NCBI GenBank assembly: GCA_963744995.1
Contig: CAVUWA010000004.1
Location: forward strand, 256,001 to 320,000
Length of the DNA stretch: 64,000 bases
Source: Candidatus Eiseniibacteriota bacterium
Lineage (GTDB): Bacteria; Eisenbacteria; RBG-16-71-46
Direction: 5' to 3'
Shown here: positions 40,658 to 50,421 of the stretch, piece by piece
How positions within the stretch are numbered: position 1 is the first letter of the stretch
Layout of the letters: each line of letters starts with the position of its first letter
The notes under the pieces: model-generated
Seen by the model: the letters and a program-made list of their open reading frames with translations, nothing else
Databases searched by the model: none
What the model was told of the DNA's origin: nothing
Position numbers and translations under genes: made by a program

Positions 40658-43115
40658 CCAGGCCGCAGAGACGGGCGCCGCGGTGAAGCAGACGGCCGGC
40701 AGGAAGGCCGCGCCGGCGAAGCGCGCACCGGCGAAGAAGAAGGCGGCCCCGAAGAAGGCCGCGGCGAAGAAAGCCGCGCCGAAGAAGGCGGCGGGCAAGA
40801 AGGCCGCGAAGAAGAAGACCGCGGCGATGCGGGCCCCGTCGGCCGATGGCGCCGGGCGCGGTGCGCTGGTGATCGTCGAGTCGCCGACCAAGTCGCGGAC
40901 GCTGGTCAAGTTCCTCGGCCGCGGGTTCAAGGTGCTGGCCTCGAACGGCCACATCATGGATCTGCCGAAGAGCAAGCTCGGCGTGGACCTCGACAACGAC
41001 TTCGAGCCCGAGTACGTCCCGATCCGCGGCAAGACGCAGGCGCTCGCGAAGATCAAGGCCGCGGCGAAGAGCGCCGAGCGCATCCTGCTCGCCCCGGACC
41101 CGGACCGCGAAGGCGAGGCGATCGCCTGGCATCTGGCCGAGGCGCTGCGCGCGACGAAGCGCCCGATCCAGCGGCTCACGTTCAACGAGATCACCGAGCG
41201 CGCCGTGAGGTCGGCGATCGAGCATCCGCGCGATCTCGACATGAACCTCGTGAACGCGCAACAGGCGCGGCGCGTGCTCGACCGGCTGGTGGGCTACAAG
41301 GTGAGCCCGTTCGTGTGGCGGACGGTGCGCTACGGGCTGTCGGCGGGTCGCGTGCAGAGCGTGGCGCTCCGGCTCGTGTGCGAGCGTGAGGACGAGATCG
41401 ACGCGTTCGTGCCCGAGGAGTACTGGACCCTCGAGGCCGACTACGAGACCGACGACGGCATGCGCTTCACCGCGCGCCTGGTGCGGGTGGGGGAGAACGA
41501 CCTCGAGCAGGGGCAGCTGCGCGGCGAGACCGCAGCGGCCGACGCGGCGGCGCTCGCCGCCGAGCTGGCGACCGCGCCGGCGCGGATCGCGGAAGTCGAC
41601 ACCTCGCCGCGCCAGGTGCACCCCAAGGCGCCGTTCATCACCAGCACGATGCAGCAGACCGCGTACAACCGGCTCGGCTTCACCAGCCAGCGCACGATGA
41701 TGATCGCGCAGCAGCTCTACGAGGGCGTCGCGCTCGGCGACCAGGGCAGCGTCGGTCTCATCACCTACATGCGCACCGATGCCCCGCGGCTCGCCGGCGA
41801 GGCGATCGCCGAGATCCGCGGCTGGCTGGGAGAGAAGCTCGGTGCCGAGTACGTGCCCGAGTCGCCACGCCAGTACAAGGCACGCAAGTCGGCGCAGGAG
41901 GCGCACGAGGCGATCCGGCCGTCGTCGGTCGAGCGCACGCCGGAATCGGTGCGCCGCTATCTGACCGACGAGCAGTTCAAGCTGTACGACCTGATCTGGA
42001 CCCGCGCGGTCGCCTCGCAGGCGGCTTCGGCGATCTACGACGCGACGACGGTCAACGTCGAGGCCGGGCGCCTCGGGCTGCGCGCGTCGGGGCGCGTGCT
42101 GCGTTTCGCCGGGTTCCAGAAGCTCTACGGTTTCGACGAGGAGGACGATCGCGACGAGACGCGGCTGCCCGATCTCGCGGCCGGAAGCGCGCTGGCGGTG
42201 GCCCGGGAACCGCTCGTCGAGGAGGGCGATCCGGTGCGGCCGTCGCAGCACTTCACCCAGCCGCCGCCGCGCTACACCGAGGCGACGCTGGTGCGCACGC
42301 TCGAAGAGAAGAACATCGGGCGGCCGAGCACCTACTCCACCATCGTCGGCACGATCACCTCGCGCGAATACGTGGAGCGCGACAAGGGTCGCCTGAAGCC
42401 CACGGACCTCGGCCGCGCGGTGAACCGGCTGCTGGTGGACACGTTCCCGGACGTGTTCGACGTCGGCTTCACCGCCAGCATGGAGGAGGAGCTCGACGGC
42501 ATCGAGGAGGGCAAGCAGGAGTGGCACCGGGTCGTGCACGACTTCTGGGGGCCGTTCAGCAAGGACCTCGCGATGGCCGAGAAGAAGAAGGACGAGCACC
42601 GCCAGAAACTCGAAGAAACCGTCGACATCCAGTGTCCGAATTGCGGCCGCAACCTGGTGAAGAAGTTCGGGCGCCGCGGCCCGTTCCTCGCGTGTCCGGG
42701 TTATCCCGAGTGCAAGTACACGCGGCCCGTGGAAGAGGCCGAGCTGCCGACGCCGGTCGAGGGCACCTGCCCCGAGTGCGGTTCGACCCTGGTCGCGCGC
42801 AACGGTCCGTACGGGCGCTACATTTCGTGCGCGCGGCGGCCGGACTGCAAGTTCACGAAGCCGTTCACGCTCGGGATCAAGTGCCCCGACTGCGGGGAGG
42901 GCGACATCGCCGAGCGCCGCACCAAGCGCGGCAAGATCTTCTACGGTTGCACCCGCTACCCTGACTGTACGTTCGCCGTGTGGGATCGCCCGCGCATGAC
43001 GCCGTGCCCCTCGTGCGGCAGCCCGTTCCTGGTCGAGAAGGAGACGAAGAAGGGGCCGTCGCTGCGCTGCCCGAAGTGCAAGTCGTCCTTCGACCCGGAC
43101 GCGGTCGGTGCGTGA
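40632..43115 (+). CDS. topA: DNA topoisomerase I with N-terminal Lys/Ala-rich tail
   Basis: IVESPTK, DPDREGEAI, SAGRVQS, LITYMRTD, AQEAHEAIRP; C-terminal zinc ribbons. Confidence 0.97.
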   Translation: MPKSTSRTDQAAETGAAVKQTAGRKAAPAKRAPAKKKAAPKKAAAKKAAPKKAAGKKAAKKKTAAMRAPSADGAGRGALVIVESPTKSRTLVKFLGRGFKVLASNGHIMDLPKSKLGVDLDNDFEPEYVPIRGKTQALAKIKAAAKSAERILLAPDPDREGEAIAWHLAEALRATKRPIQRLTFNEITERAVRSAIEHPRDLDMNLVNAQQARRVLDRLVGYKVSPFVWRTVRYGLSAGRVQSVALRLVCEREDEIDAFVPEEYWTLEADYETDDGMRFTARLVRVGENDLEQGQLRGETAAADAAALAAELATAPARIAEVDTSPRQVHPKAPFITSTMQQTAYNRLGFTSQRTMMIAQQLYEGVALGDQGSVGLITYMRTDAPRLAGEAIAEIRGWLGEKLGAEYVPESPRQYKARKSAQEAHEAIRPSSVERTPESVRRYLTDEQFKLYDLIWTRAVASQAASAIYDATTVNVEAGRLGLRASGRVLRFAGFQKLYGFDEEDDRDETRLPDLAAGSALAVAREPLVEEGDPVRPSQHFTQPPPRYTEATLVRTLEEKNIGRPSTYSTIVGTITSREYVERDKGRLKPTDLGRAVNRLLVDTFPDVFDVGFTASMEEELDGIEEGKQEWHRVVHDFWGPFSKDLAMAEKKKDEHRQKLEETVDIQCPNCGRNLVKKFGRRGPFLACPGYPECKYTRPVEEAELPTPVEGTCPECGSTLVARNGPYGRYISCARRPDCKFTKPFTLGIKCPDCGEGDIAERRTKRGKIFYGCTRYPDCTFAVWDRPRMTPCPSCGSPFLVEKETKKGPSLRCPKCKSSFDPDAVGA

Positions 43116-43992
43116 CGCCCTCGAACGCTTCCTGAGCGAATTCGCGGTGCAGCGCCGCGGCTCCGACCACTCGGTCGCGGCGTACCGCCGTGACATCGCC
43201 CGGGTGCTGGACGCGGCCGGCGGAGCGGGGCAGCCGGTCGCGCCGTCGGCGTGGACGCGCGAGCTGCTCGAGCGCGCGATGCGCGACATGTACCGCCGCG
43301 GTCTGTCGCCGGCGAGCGCGGCACGCGCGCTGGCGGCGTGGCGCAGCTTCTCGCGCTTCTGCGTGCGGCGCGGCGTGATCGAGCACGACCCGGCGCGTTC
43401 GATCGCCTTTCCGCGGCTCCCGAAGCGCCTGCCACGCACGCTGCCCGAGCCCGAGCTGGGCGGCGCGCTCGATCGGGTGAACGGCGACGATCCGGCCTCG
43501 CTGCGCGATCGCGCCCTGCTCGAGCTGACCTACTCTTCGGGCCTCAGGCTCTCCGAGCTCACCGGGCTCAGGCACGGCGACTTCGATCGCGCCGCGGAGC
43601 TGGTGCGGGTACGCGGCAAAGGGCGGCGCGAACGGCTGGTCCCCGTGGGACGGCGGGCCCTGGACGCGCTCGAGCGCTACCTCTCGGCCGCCGGCACGCG
43701 CGGCGCCGGCGCGCGCACGCCGGTGTTCGTGAACGCACGCGGCGCCGCGCTGTCCAATCGCACCGTACAGCGCGTGGTCGCGCGCCGCCTCGGCGAGGTC
43801 GCGCGCGGACTCAAGGTCTCGCCGCATTCGCTGCGCCACTCGTTCGCGAGCCATCTGCTCGATCACGGCGCCGACCTGCGCGCGATCCAGGAGTTGCTCG
43901 GCCACCGTTCGCTGGCCAGCACGCAGGTCTACACCCACGTGTCGCGCGCGCGCCTGCGCAAGGCGTACGAGCAGTCGCACCCGCGCGCATGA
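43108..43992 (+). CDS. xerC: Tyrosine recombinase XerC
   Basis: GLRLSEL, GKGRRER, HSLRHSFASHLL, LLGH, TQVYTH, HPRA end; coupled to topA. Confidence 0.85.
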   Translation: MRDALERFLSEFAVQRRGSDHSVAAYRRDIARVLDAAGGAGQPVAPSAWTRELLERAMRDMYRRGLSPASAARALAAWRSFSRFCVRRGVIEHDPARSIAFPRLPKRLPRTLPEPELGGALDRVNGDDPASLRDRALLELTYSSGLRLSELTGLRHGDFDRAAELVRVRGKGRRERLVPVGRRALDALERYLSAAGTRGAGARTPVFVNARGAALSNRTVQRVVARRLGEVARGLKVSPHSLRHSFASHLLDHGADLRAIQELLGHRSLASTQVYTHVSRARLRKAYEQSHPRA

Positions 43993-45035
43993 GGCGCCGC
44001 GCGGCGGGGCTGCTGCTGGCCGTTCTCGCCGGCCTCGGCGCGGCGGGCTGCGCCAAGAAGGGGCCGCCCTCGGGCGGCCCGCCGGACCTCGAGCCGCCGC
44101 GGCTGATCGCCTCCAGCCCCGATTCGGGTGCGGCGGGAGTGCCGCGCGACGCCCGCCTCACGCTGACCTTCAGCGAAGGCATGGAGCCGCGCACGACGGG
44201 CGACGCCGTGGCCCTCGCGCCGCGGATCGAGATCCGGCAGCGGCGCTGGAAGGGCAACACACTGGAGCTCGCGCTGGACGACACGCTCGCCGCCGATCGC
44301 GTCTACACGCTGTTCGTCGGCACCGGCGCGCGCGATCGGCACGGCAACGCGCTGGCGAGCGGCGCCGCGATCATGTTCTCGACCGCGGACTCGTTTCCAC
44401 CGGGGACCATCGAAGGGCAGGTCGAAGCGCGGGGCATGGGGGCCGCCGGGATCTACCTGTGGGGCTACGTCACCCCGCACGAGCCCGACAGCACCGCGCG
44501 CGACTACGACGCGCTGGCGTTCACCGACGCCGACGGCCGCTTCCGCATGGCCGGCCTCGCCGTGCCGGCGGCGTACCGGCTGTGGGCGTTCGCGGACATC
44601 AATCACAACCGCTCGTTCGAGCCGCAGATCGACGTTCTCGCGCCGATCGACACCGTGCTGCGGCTGACGCCGGAAGCGCCGGTCGCCCGCGGCCTGGCCG
44701 TGCTGGTCGTCAACCCGCGCGCCGAGGCGAAGCTGAGCGGTGCGGTGCTCGATACGCTCGGCGACAGCCTCGGCGTGCAGCGTATCCTGGCGATCTCCGA
44801 GGCCGACACCACGACGCGTCTCCTCGAGGACGTGCTGCGCGACGGCGTGTTCGAGATCAGCCTCGCGCCCGGCGTCTGGACGCTGCGCGCATTCCGCGAT
44901 CTGGACCGCAACAGGCGCTGGGACGCCGGGCGCGAACCGGCCAGCGACCCGCTGCGGATCGAGCTGCCGCCGGCCGGGATCGTGACCGACCGGACGCTGG
45001 TGATGCGGCGACCGCCGCCGTCTGCGAAGGAGTGA
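43989..45035 (+). CDS. Lipoprotein with Ig-like (Big_5-type) domain
   Basis: Lipobox AAGC followed by AKKGPPSGGPPDLEPP; LTFSE. Confidence 0.8.
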   Translation: MRRRAAGLLLAVLAGLGAAGCAKKGPPSGGPPDLEPPRLIASSPDSGAAGVPRDARLTLTFSEGMEPRTTGDAVALAPRIEIRQRRWKGNTLELALDDTLAADRVYTLFVGTGARDRHGNALASGAAIMFSTADSFPPGTIEGQVEARGMGAAGIYLWGYVTPHEPDSTARDYDALAFTDADGRFRMAGLAVPAAYRLWAFADINHNRSFEPQIDVLAPIDTVLRLTPEAPVARGLAVLVVNPRAEAKLSGAVLDTLGDSLGVQRILAISEADTTTRLLEDVLRDGVFEISLAPGVWTLRAFRDLDRNRRWDAGREPASDPLRIELPPAGIVTDRTLVMRRPPPSAKE

Positions 45036-45039
45036 GGCG

Positions 45040-45900
45040 ATGCGCGTACCGTTCGTGAAGATGCACGGTGCCGGCAACGACTTCGTCGTGATCGATCACC
45101 GCGAGGCGTTCCTGGCGGCGGATCTGACCGTCCTGGTCGCGCGCCTCTGCGACCGCCGCCGCGGTGTCGGCGCCGACGGGGTGCTGCTGCTCGAGCGCGA
45201 CCCGGAACTCGATTTCGCGATGCGCTACTTCAACGCCGACGGCGGAGCGGCCTCGTACTGCGGCAACGGGGCGCGCTGCCTGGCGCGGTTCGCGATGGAT
45301 CTCGGCCTCGGCGCGGCGGACGGGGTGCGGTTCCGCACCGCGGCCGGCGTGCAGCACGCCGAGCGGATCCATGACGGACGCGTCGCGGTCGCGTTCGGGC
45401 GGGTCGCGCGCGCGGGGGCGCCGGAGACGGTGACCGCGGCGGACCGCTCGTTCGAGGGCTGTACGATCGAGCCCGGCGTGCCGCACTTCGTCGTCGGCGT
45501 CGAGCGCGTGGATCAGGTGCCGCTCGAGCGCTGGGGGCCGGCGCTGCGCCGCCATGCGCGCTTCGGCGCCGCGGGCGCCAACGTGGACTTCGTCGCGCGG
45601 CTCGCGCCCGGGCGCGTGGCGATGCGCACCTGGGAGCGCGGCGTGGAGGCCGAGACGCTGGCCTGCGGCAGCGGCGCGATCGCCTCCGCGGTATGGGCGG
45701 TGCGCATGGGGGAGTCGGCGCCGATTGCGGTGTTGACGGCGGGCGGCGATGCGTTGATCGTCTCGCTGGATGAGGATCCAGCGGATCCCGACGGGTGGAA
45801 CGTACGGTTGACCGGCCCCGTGGAGATCGCGTTCTCCGGGGTCTGGGACGACGCGCCGGGCGCGCTCGCGCACGGCGAAGCGGCAGCGAAACGCGCGTAA
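45040..45900 (+). CDS. dapF: Diaminopimelate epimerase
   Basis: KMHGAGNDF, CGNGARC, ERGVEAETLACGSG. Confidence 0.96.
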   Translation: MRVPFVKMHGAGNDFVVIDHREAFLAADLTVLVARLCDRRRGVGADGVLLLERDPELDFAMRYFNADGGAASYCGNGARCLARFAMDLGLGAADGVRFRTAAGVQHAERIHDGRVAVAFGRVARAGAPETVTAADRSFEGCTIEPGVPHFVVGVERVDQVPLERWGPALRRHARFGAAGANVDFVARLAPGRVAMRTWERGVEAETLACGSGAIASAVWAVRMGESAPIAVLTAGGDALIVSLDEDPADPDGWNVRLTGPVEIAFSGVWDDAPGALAHGEAAAKRA

Positions 45901-45910
45901 GGAGGCGATC

Positions 45911-46798
45911 GTGTTCGAAGGCTTGAGCGTGGCGATGGTGACGCCTTTCAGGCGGGGCGAGGTCGATCACGAAGCGACGGCGCGACTCGTCGACTTCATG
46001 ATCGAAGGCGGCGTCGAGAACCTGGTCGTGTCGGGGTCGACCGGCGAGGCGGCAACCTGCACGGTGGAGGAGCGGCGCGCGCTGTGGGCGTTCGTGCGCG
46101 ACCATGTGAACGGCCGCATCCCGGTGGTCGCCGGCACCGGCACCAACAACACTGCCGAATCGATCGTGCTCACCCGGATGGCGGAAGAGCTGCATCTCGA
46201 CGGCGCGATGATCGTCACTCCGTTCTACAACAAGCCGACGCCGAAAGGGCAGATCGAGCACTTCCGCGCCGTGGCGAAATCGACGACGCTGCCGCTGATC
46301 CTCTACAACGTGCCGGGCCGCACCGGCACGAACACGAAGCCCGAGGTGTTCGAGGCGGTGGCCGGCGAGAAGAACGTCGTCGCGGTGAAGGAGGCGTCGG
46401 GCAGCCTGGATCAGGCCGCCGCGATCCATGCCCGCACCGGCCTCACGCTGCTCTCCGGCGACGACGGCCTGACGCTGCCGATGATCGCCGTGGGCGCGGC
46501 GGGCATCATCTCGGTCGCAGGCAACGTCGCGCCGCGCCCGATGCGCGAGCTCACCGATCACGCACGGGCCGGGCGGATGCGCGAAGCGGAGGCGATGCAC
46601 CGCCGCCTGATGCCGCTCTTCCGCGCGCTCTTCATCGAGTCGAATCCGGCCCCGGCCAAGTACCTGCTGTCGGCGATGGGGCTCGCCGAGAACGAGCTGC
46701 GCCTGCCGCTGGTGCCGGTCGAGCCGGCCACGGAGGAGACGGTGCGTGCCGCGGCGGTGGCGGCCGGCATCGCGCTCACCGCGACGGCGCGGGCATGA
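45911..46798 (+). CDS. dapA: 4-hydroxy-tetrahydrodipicolinate synthase
   Basis: GSTGE, PFYNKP, LYNVPGRT, KEASG, SGDD, ESNP. Confidence 0.96.
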   Translation: MFEGLSVAMVTPFRRGEVDHEATARLVDFMIEGGVENLVVSGSTGEAATCTVEERRALWAFVRDHVNGRIPVVAGTGTNNTAESIVLTRMAEELHLDGAMIVTPFYNKPTPKGQIEHFRAVAKSTTLPLILYNVPGRTGTNTKPEVFEAVAGEKNVVAVKEASGSLDQAAAIHARTGLTLLSGDDGLTLPMIAVGAAGIISVAGNVAPRPMRELTDHARAGRMREAEAMHRRLMPLFRALFIESNPAPAKYLLSAMGLAENELRLPLVPVEPATEETVRAAAVAAGIALTATARA

Positions 46799-47571
46799 TC
46801 CGGGTCGTCCTGCTTGGCGCGGCCGGCAAGATGGGCCGGGCGATCGCCGCCGCCGCGACGCACAAGGACGACGTGACGATCAAGGCGCGCGTCGATCGCG
46901 AGGCGAACCTGCCCGAGGTGGGCGGGGTATGGACCAGCAGGGCGGCGGACGTGGTGGGGCCGGGGGACGTGGTGGTGGATTTCAGCAGCCCGGACGGTAC
47001 GCTGGAGGCGGCGGGGCTGTGCGCGGGCCGCGGCGCGGGGCTGGTGACCGGGACGACCGGGCTCGCCGACCTCCACGAGGCGGCCCTGACCGAGGCCTCG
47101 CTGCACGTCCCGGTGCTGCAGGCGGCGAACTTCAGTCTGGGGGTTCTGGCCCTGCGCAGGGCGCTGAGAGCCGCGATGCAGGCCCTGCCCGCGGGCTGGG
47201 ACGTCGAAATCGTGGAAAGGCACCATCGCGCAAAGCTCGACAGCCCTTCGGGTACGGCGATTCTTCTCGCGCGGGACGTGATGGATCGGCGTGGCACGGA
47301 CGCTGCATCCCTTCGTCATGGGCGCGAAGGCCGCACCGGTCCGAGACCGGCGGCGGAAATCGGCATGCACGCGGTCCGCGGCGGTTCCTGGGTCGGGGAT
47401 CACACGGTTCTCCTGGGAGGAGAAGGCGAGTGGCTCGAACTCAGGCACGTGGCTCAGGACCGGACGGCGTTCGCGACGGGCGCGCTGGCGGCCGCTTCGT
47501 TCGTGGCGCAGGCGCGCCCCGGCCGATATACTCTCGAGCACCTTGCCAGCGAAACCGGCCGCATGAAGTAG
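46795..47571 (+). CDS. dapB: 4-hydroxy-tetrahydrodipicolinate reductase
   Basis: GAAGKMG, GTTG, NFSLG, ERHHRAKLDSPSGTA. Confidence 0.95.
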   Translation: MIRVVLLGAAGKMGRAIAAAATHKDDVTIKARVDREANLPEVGGVWTSRAADVVGPGDVVVDFSSPDGTLEAAGLCAGRGAGLVTGTTGLADLHEAALTEASLHVPVLQAANFSLGVLALRRALRAAMQALPAGWDVEIVERHHRAKLDSPSGTAILLARDVMDRRGTDAASLRHGREGRTGPRPAAEIGMHAVRGGSWVGDHTVLLGGEGEWLELRHVAQDRTAFATGALAAASFVAQARPGRYTLEHLASETGRMK

Positions 47572-47606
47572 CCCCCCGGTCGAACCCATCCATCCAGGGA
47601 GCATGC

Positions 47607-50402
47607 ATGCGCGCAGCGCGACCATGGCTGGCCGCCATCGCCATCCTCAGCGGATTCCTCCTGTCCGCATCTCCCGCGTCCGCCCAGCTGTTCGGCAAGA
47701 ACAAGGTGCAGTACGAGCCGCTCGACTGGTCGGTGCTCGAAACACCCCATCTGCGCCTGCACTACTACGCCGAGGAGGAGAGCCTCGCGCGCGCCCTGGT
47801 GGTCTTCGCCGAATCGGTGTGCGTGGAGTACGACGGCCGCTTCGGCCTCGAACAGCGCAACAAGGTGCCGTTCCTGCTGTATTCGGCGCACCACCTGTTC
47901 CAGCAGACCAACGCCACGTCCGGCTTCATCGGCGAGGGCACCGGCGGCCTGACCGAATTCATCAAGGGCCGCGTGCTCCTGCCGCACACCGGCTCCTGGC
48001 GCATGCTGCGCTGGGTCACGCGTCACGAGCTGGCGCACTGGTACATGCTCGAGAAGATCTCGCGCGTCATGCGCGAGAACCGGCGTGGCCAGGGCTATCT
48101 GCCGCCGCTCTGGTTCACCGAGGGGTTCGCCGAGTACTGCGGCACCACTTGGGACGCCACCGCCGAGGGCCTGTTGCGCGACGCGGTGCTCAGTGACCGT
48201 GCCTACCCGCTGACGCGCAGCGAGCCGATCACCGGCACGGTGCTGATGTACAAGGAAGGGCAGTCGTTCCTGCTCTATCTCGCCCGACGCTTCGGCTCGG
48301 AGAAGGTGTTCGAGCTGTTCGACAACTGGTGGCGGGGCGAGGATTTCGAGACCACGTTCAGACTCACGTTCGGAGTGCCGCTCGAAAAGCTCGACGAAGA
48401 CTGGTTCGAGTCGATCCGCAAACGCTACTACCCGGTGGTCGCCGAAGCGGACCGGGCGCGTGACCTCGCGCGGCGCGTGACCCCGCGCGGCCACTACAAC
48501 CTCGGGGTGCGCATCGTTCCCGCCGCGGACAGCGCCGACACCACCCTGCGTTTCTGCTACTTCCAGGCGGGCGACGCCGGGATCCAGCTCGTGCTGAGCC
48601 AACCCGACGCACGCGGGCATCGCACCGAGCGCCGCCTGCTGCGCAGCGGCCAGTCGCCGGCGTTCGAGTCGTTCCACCTGTTCCAGAACCGTCCGGATGC
48701 CTCCGCCGCGGGGCACATCGTGCTGTCGTCCAAGCGCGGCGGACGTGACGCGATCTACGTGCTCGACACGAAGACCGGCGACGTCGTGCATCGCGCCGAG
48801 TTCCCGACGCTGGTGTCCGTGAACGACCCGACGCTGCTGCCCGGGGACCATGCCGCGGTGTTCTCGGCCCAGGACTACGGCGGCCGCGCCGATCTCTACC
48901 GGGTCCGGTGGGGCGAGGACGGCCAGGTCCTGGAGCGCCTCACCAACGACGACTACGACGACGTCGAGCCCGACGTGTCGCCCGACGGGCGCTGGATCGC
49001 GTTCGCATCGGATCGCGCCGATCGCGGCGGGCACTACAGCCTGTTCCGCCTGTCGCTCGAGAGCGGCGCGATCGAGCAGGTGAGCGCCAACGCCAGCGGC
49101 GACGATCGCCAGCCGGTGTACTCGCACGACGGGCGCTGGATCGCGTTCCGTTCGACCCGCGACGGCATCAGCGATCTCTACGTGCGTCCCGCCGAGCCGT
49201 CGAACGAATACCGCCGCGTCACCCGTCTCACCGGCCCGGCGACGGACCCGGACTGGCTCACCGGCGGGGGCGGTCTCGCGTTCACCGGCGAGGACGGGCT
49301 CGAGTTCCAGTCGTACGTGCTGCGCTTCGATCCCGACACGCTCGAGGTCCTGCACGAAACCCCCGGCCCGACGGCGCCGCTGCTGGCGACGAAGATCTAC
49401 GAGGACGACCCGGTGCCGTATCAGCGACGGCTCGGTCTGGACCTGGTGACCAACGCGCTGTCGTACGACCCCGGCCTCGGTACCGGCGGCGGCGGCGCGG
49501 TCGCGCTCAGCGACCTGCTCGGCAACGAGCAGGTGCTGATCTACCTCGGCAACGATTCGGAGCGCTTCGGGGACTTCTGGGACGGCTGGGAGGGCGGTCT
49601 CACCTACGTGAACCGCGCCCAGCGGCTCAACTGGGGCGTGGGCATGTTCCGCCTCACGCAGATCTACGATGCCGATCTCGACGAGGTACGGCGCGAGAAG
49701 CGCGTCGGCATGGTCGGCCTGGCGAGCTATCCGTTCAGCAAATTCACCCGCATCGAAGGCTCGGTGCTGGTGCGCCACGCGAGCGACCACCTGCTGCGCA
49801 ACGGCATGTTCGACAACGTGGATCTGGTGTCGAATTTCCTCTCGCTGGTCTACGACAACACCGGCTGGTCCTACCTCGGCCCGAGCGCCGGATCGCGCAT
49901 GCTGTTCTCCGCCGGGATCACGCGCGACATGTCGTCGGGCGCGGGGGACTTCGGTACGCTGATCGGCGACTGGCGGCACTACGAGCGCTTCATGAACGTG
50001 GTGTCGGCGACCCGCGTGCAGGGGCAGTCGAGCCACGGTCGGGACGCAGGCCGCTTCTACCTCGGCGGGTTCAACTCGCTGCGCGGCTACGCGCGCCGTT
50101 CGCTGTGGGGCACGCAGACGGTGCTGGTGCAGCAGGAACTGCGCTTCCCGCTGGTGCGCGGGCTGGTGTTCGCGGTGCCCGCGCCGTGGGTCTTCCCGAT
50201 GGTGTCGGGCGCGGTATTCGCCGACGGCGCCTGGGGCTGGGAGAACGGCATCATGGATCGGCGCGGGGTGATCGGCACGTCGGTCTATCTCGGCGGCGGC
50301 TACTACCCGGTGATCCGCTGGAACTTCGTGTGGCGCACGCGCGACTGGCGCACGTTCGAGACGCATCCCGGCACGCAGTTCGTGATCGGCATCAACTACT
50401 GA
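47607..50402 (+). CDS. Omp85-family outer-membrane protein with N-terminal gluzincin-like peptidase domain and PD40/TolB-like propeller
   Basis: Signal peptide then QLFGKNKVQY; HELAH...EGFAE; SPDGRWIAFASDR repeats; LGGFNSLRGY and ELRFP barrel motifs. Confidence 0.85.
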   Translation: MRAARPWLAAIAILSGFLLSASPASAQLFGKNKVQYEPLDWSVLETPHLRLHYYAEEESLARALVVFAESVCVEYDGRFGLEQRNKVPFLLYSAHHLFQQTNATSGFIGEGTGGLTEFIKGRVLLPHTGSWRMLRWVTRHELAHWYMLEKISRVMRENRRGQGYLPPLWFTEGFAEYCGTTWDATAEGLLRDAVLSDRAYPLTRSEPITGTVLMYKEGQSFLLYLARRFGSEKVFELFDNWWRGEDFETTFRLTFGVPLEKLDEDWFESIRKRYYPVVAEADRARDLARRVTPRGHYNLGVRIVPAADSADTTLRFCYFQAGDAGIQLVLSQPDARGHRTERRLLRSGQSPAFESFHLFQNRPDASAAGHIVLSSKRGGRDAIYVLDTKTGDVVHRAEFPTLVSVNDPTLLPGDHAAVFSAQDYGGRADLYRVRWGEDGQVLERLTNDDYDDVEPDVSPDGRWIAFASDRADRGGHYSLFRLSLESGAIEQVSANASGDDRQPVYSHDGRWIAFRSTRDGISDLYVRPAEPSNEYRRVTRLTGPATDPDWLTGGGGLAFTGEDGLEFQSYVLRFDPDTLEVLHETPGPTAPLLATKIYEDDPVPYQRRLGLDLVTNALSYDPGLGTGGGGAVALSDLLGNEQVLIYLGNDSERFGDFWDGWEGGLTYVNRAQRLNWGVGMFRLTQIYDADLDEVRREKRVGMVGLASYPFSKFTRIEGSVLVRHASDHLLRNGMFDNVDLVSNFLSLVYDNTGWSYLGPSAGSRMLFSAGITRDMSSGAGDFGTLIGDWRHYERFMNVVSATRVQGQSSHGRDAGRFYLGGFNSLRGYARRSLWGTQTVLVQQELRFPLVRGLVFAVPAPWVFPMVSGAVFADGAWGWENGIMDRRGVIGTSVYLGGGYYPVIRWNFVWRTRDWRTFETHPGTQFVIGINY

Positions 50403-50421
50403 CGCCGCGCGGGCCCGCGCC

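Noticed and set aside
40209..43439. Long antisense and alternate-frame ORFs (e.g. 40209-43439, 47454-50366, 36459-39095)
   Set aside because: Shadow ORFs expected at this GC content; they overlap well-supported genes and show no family motifs.
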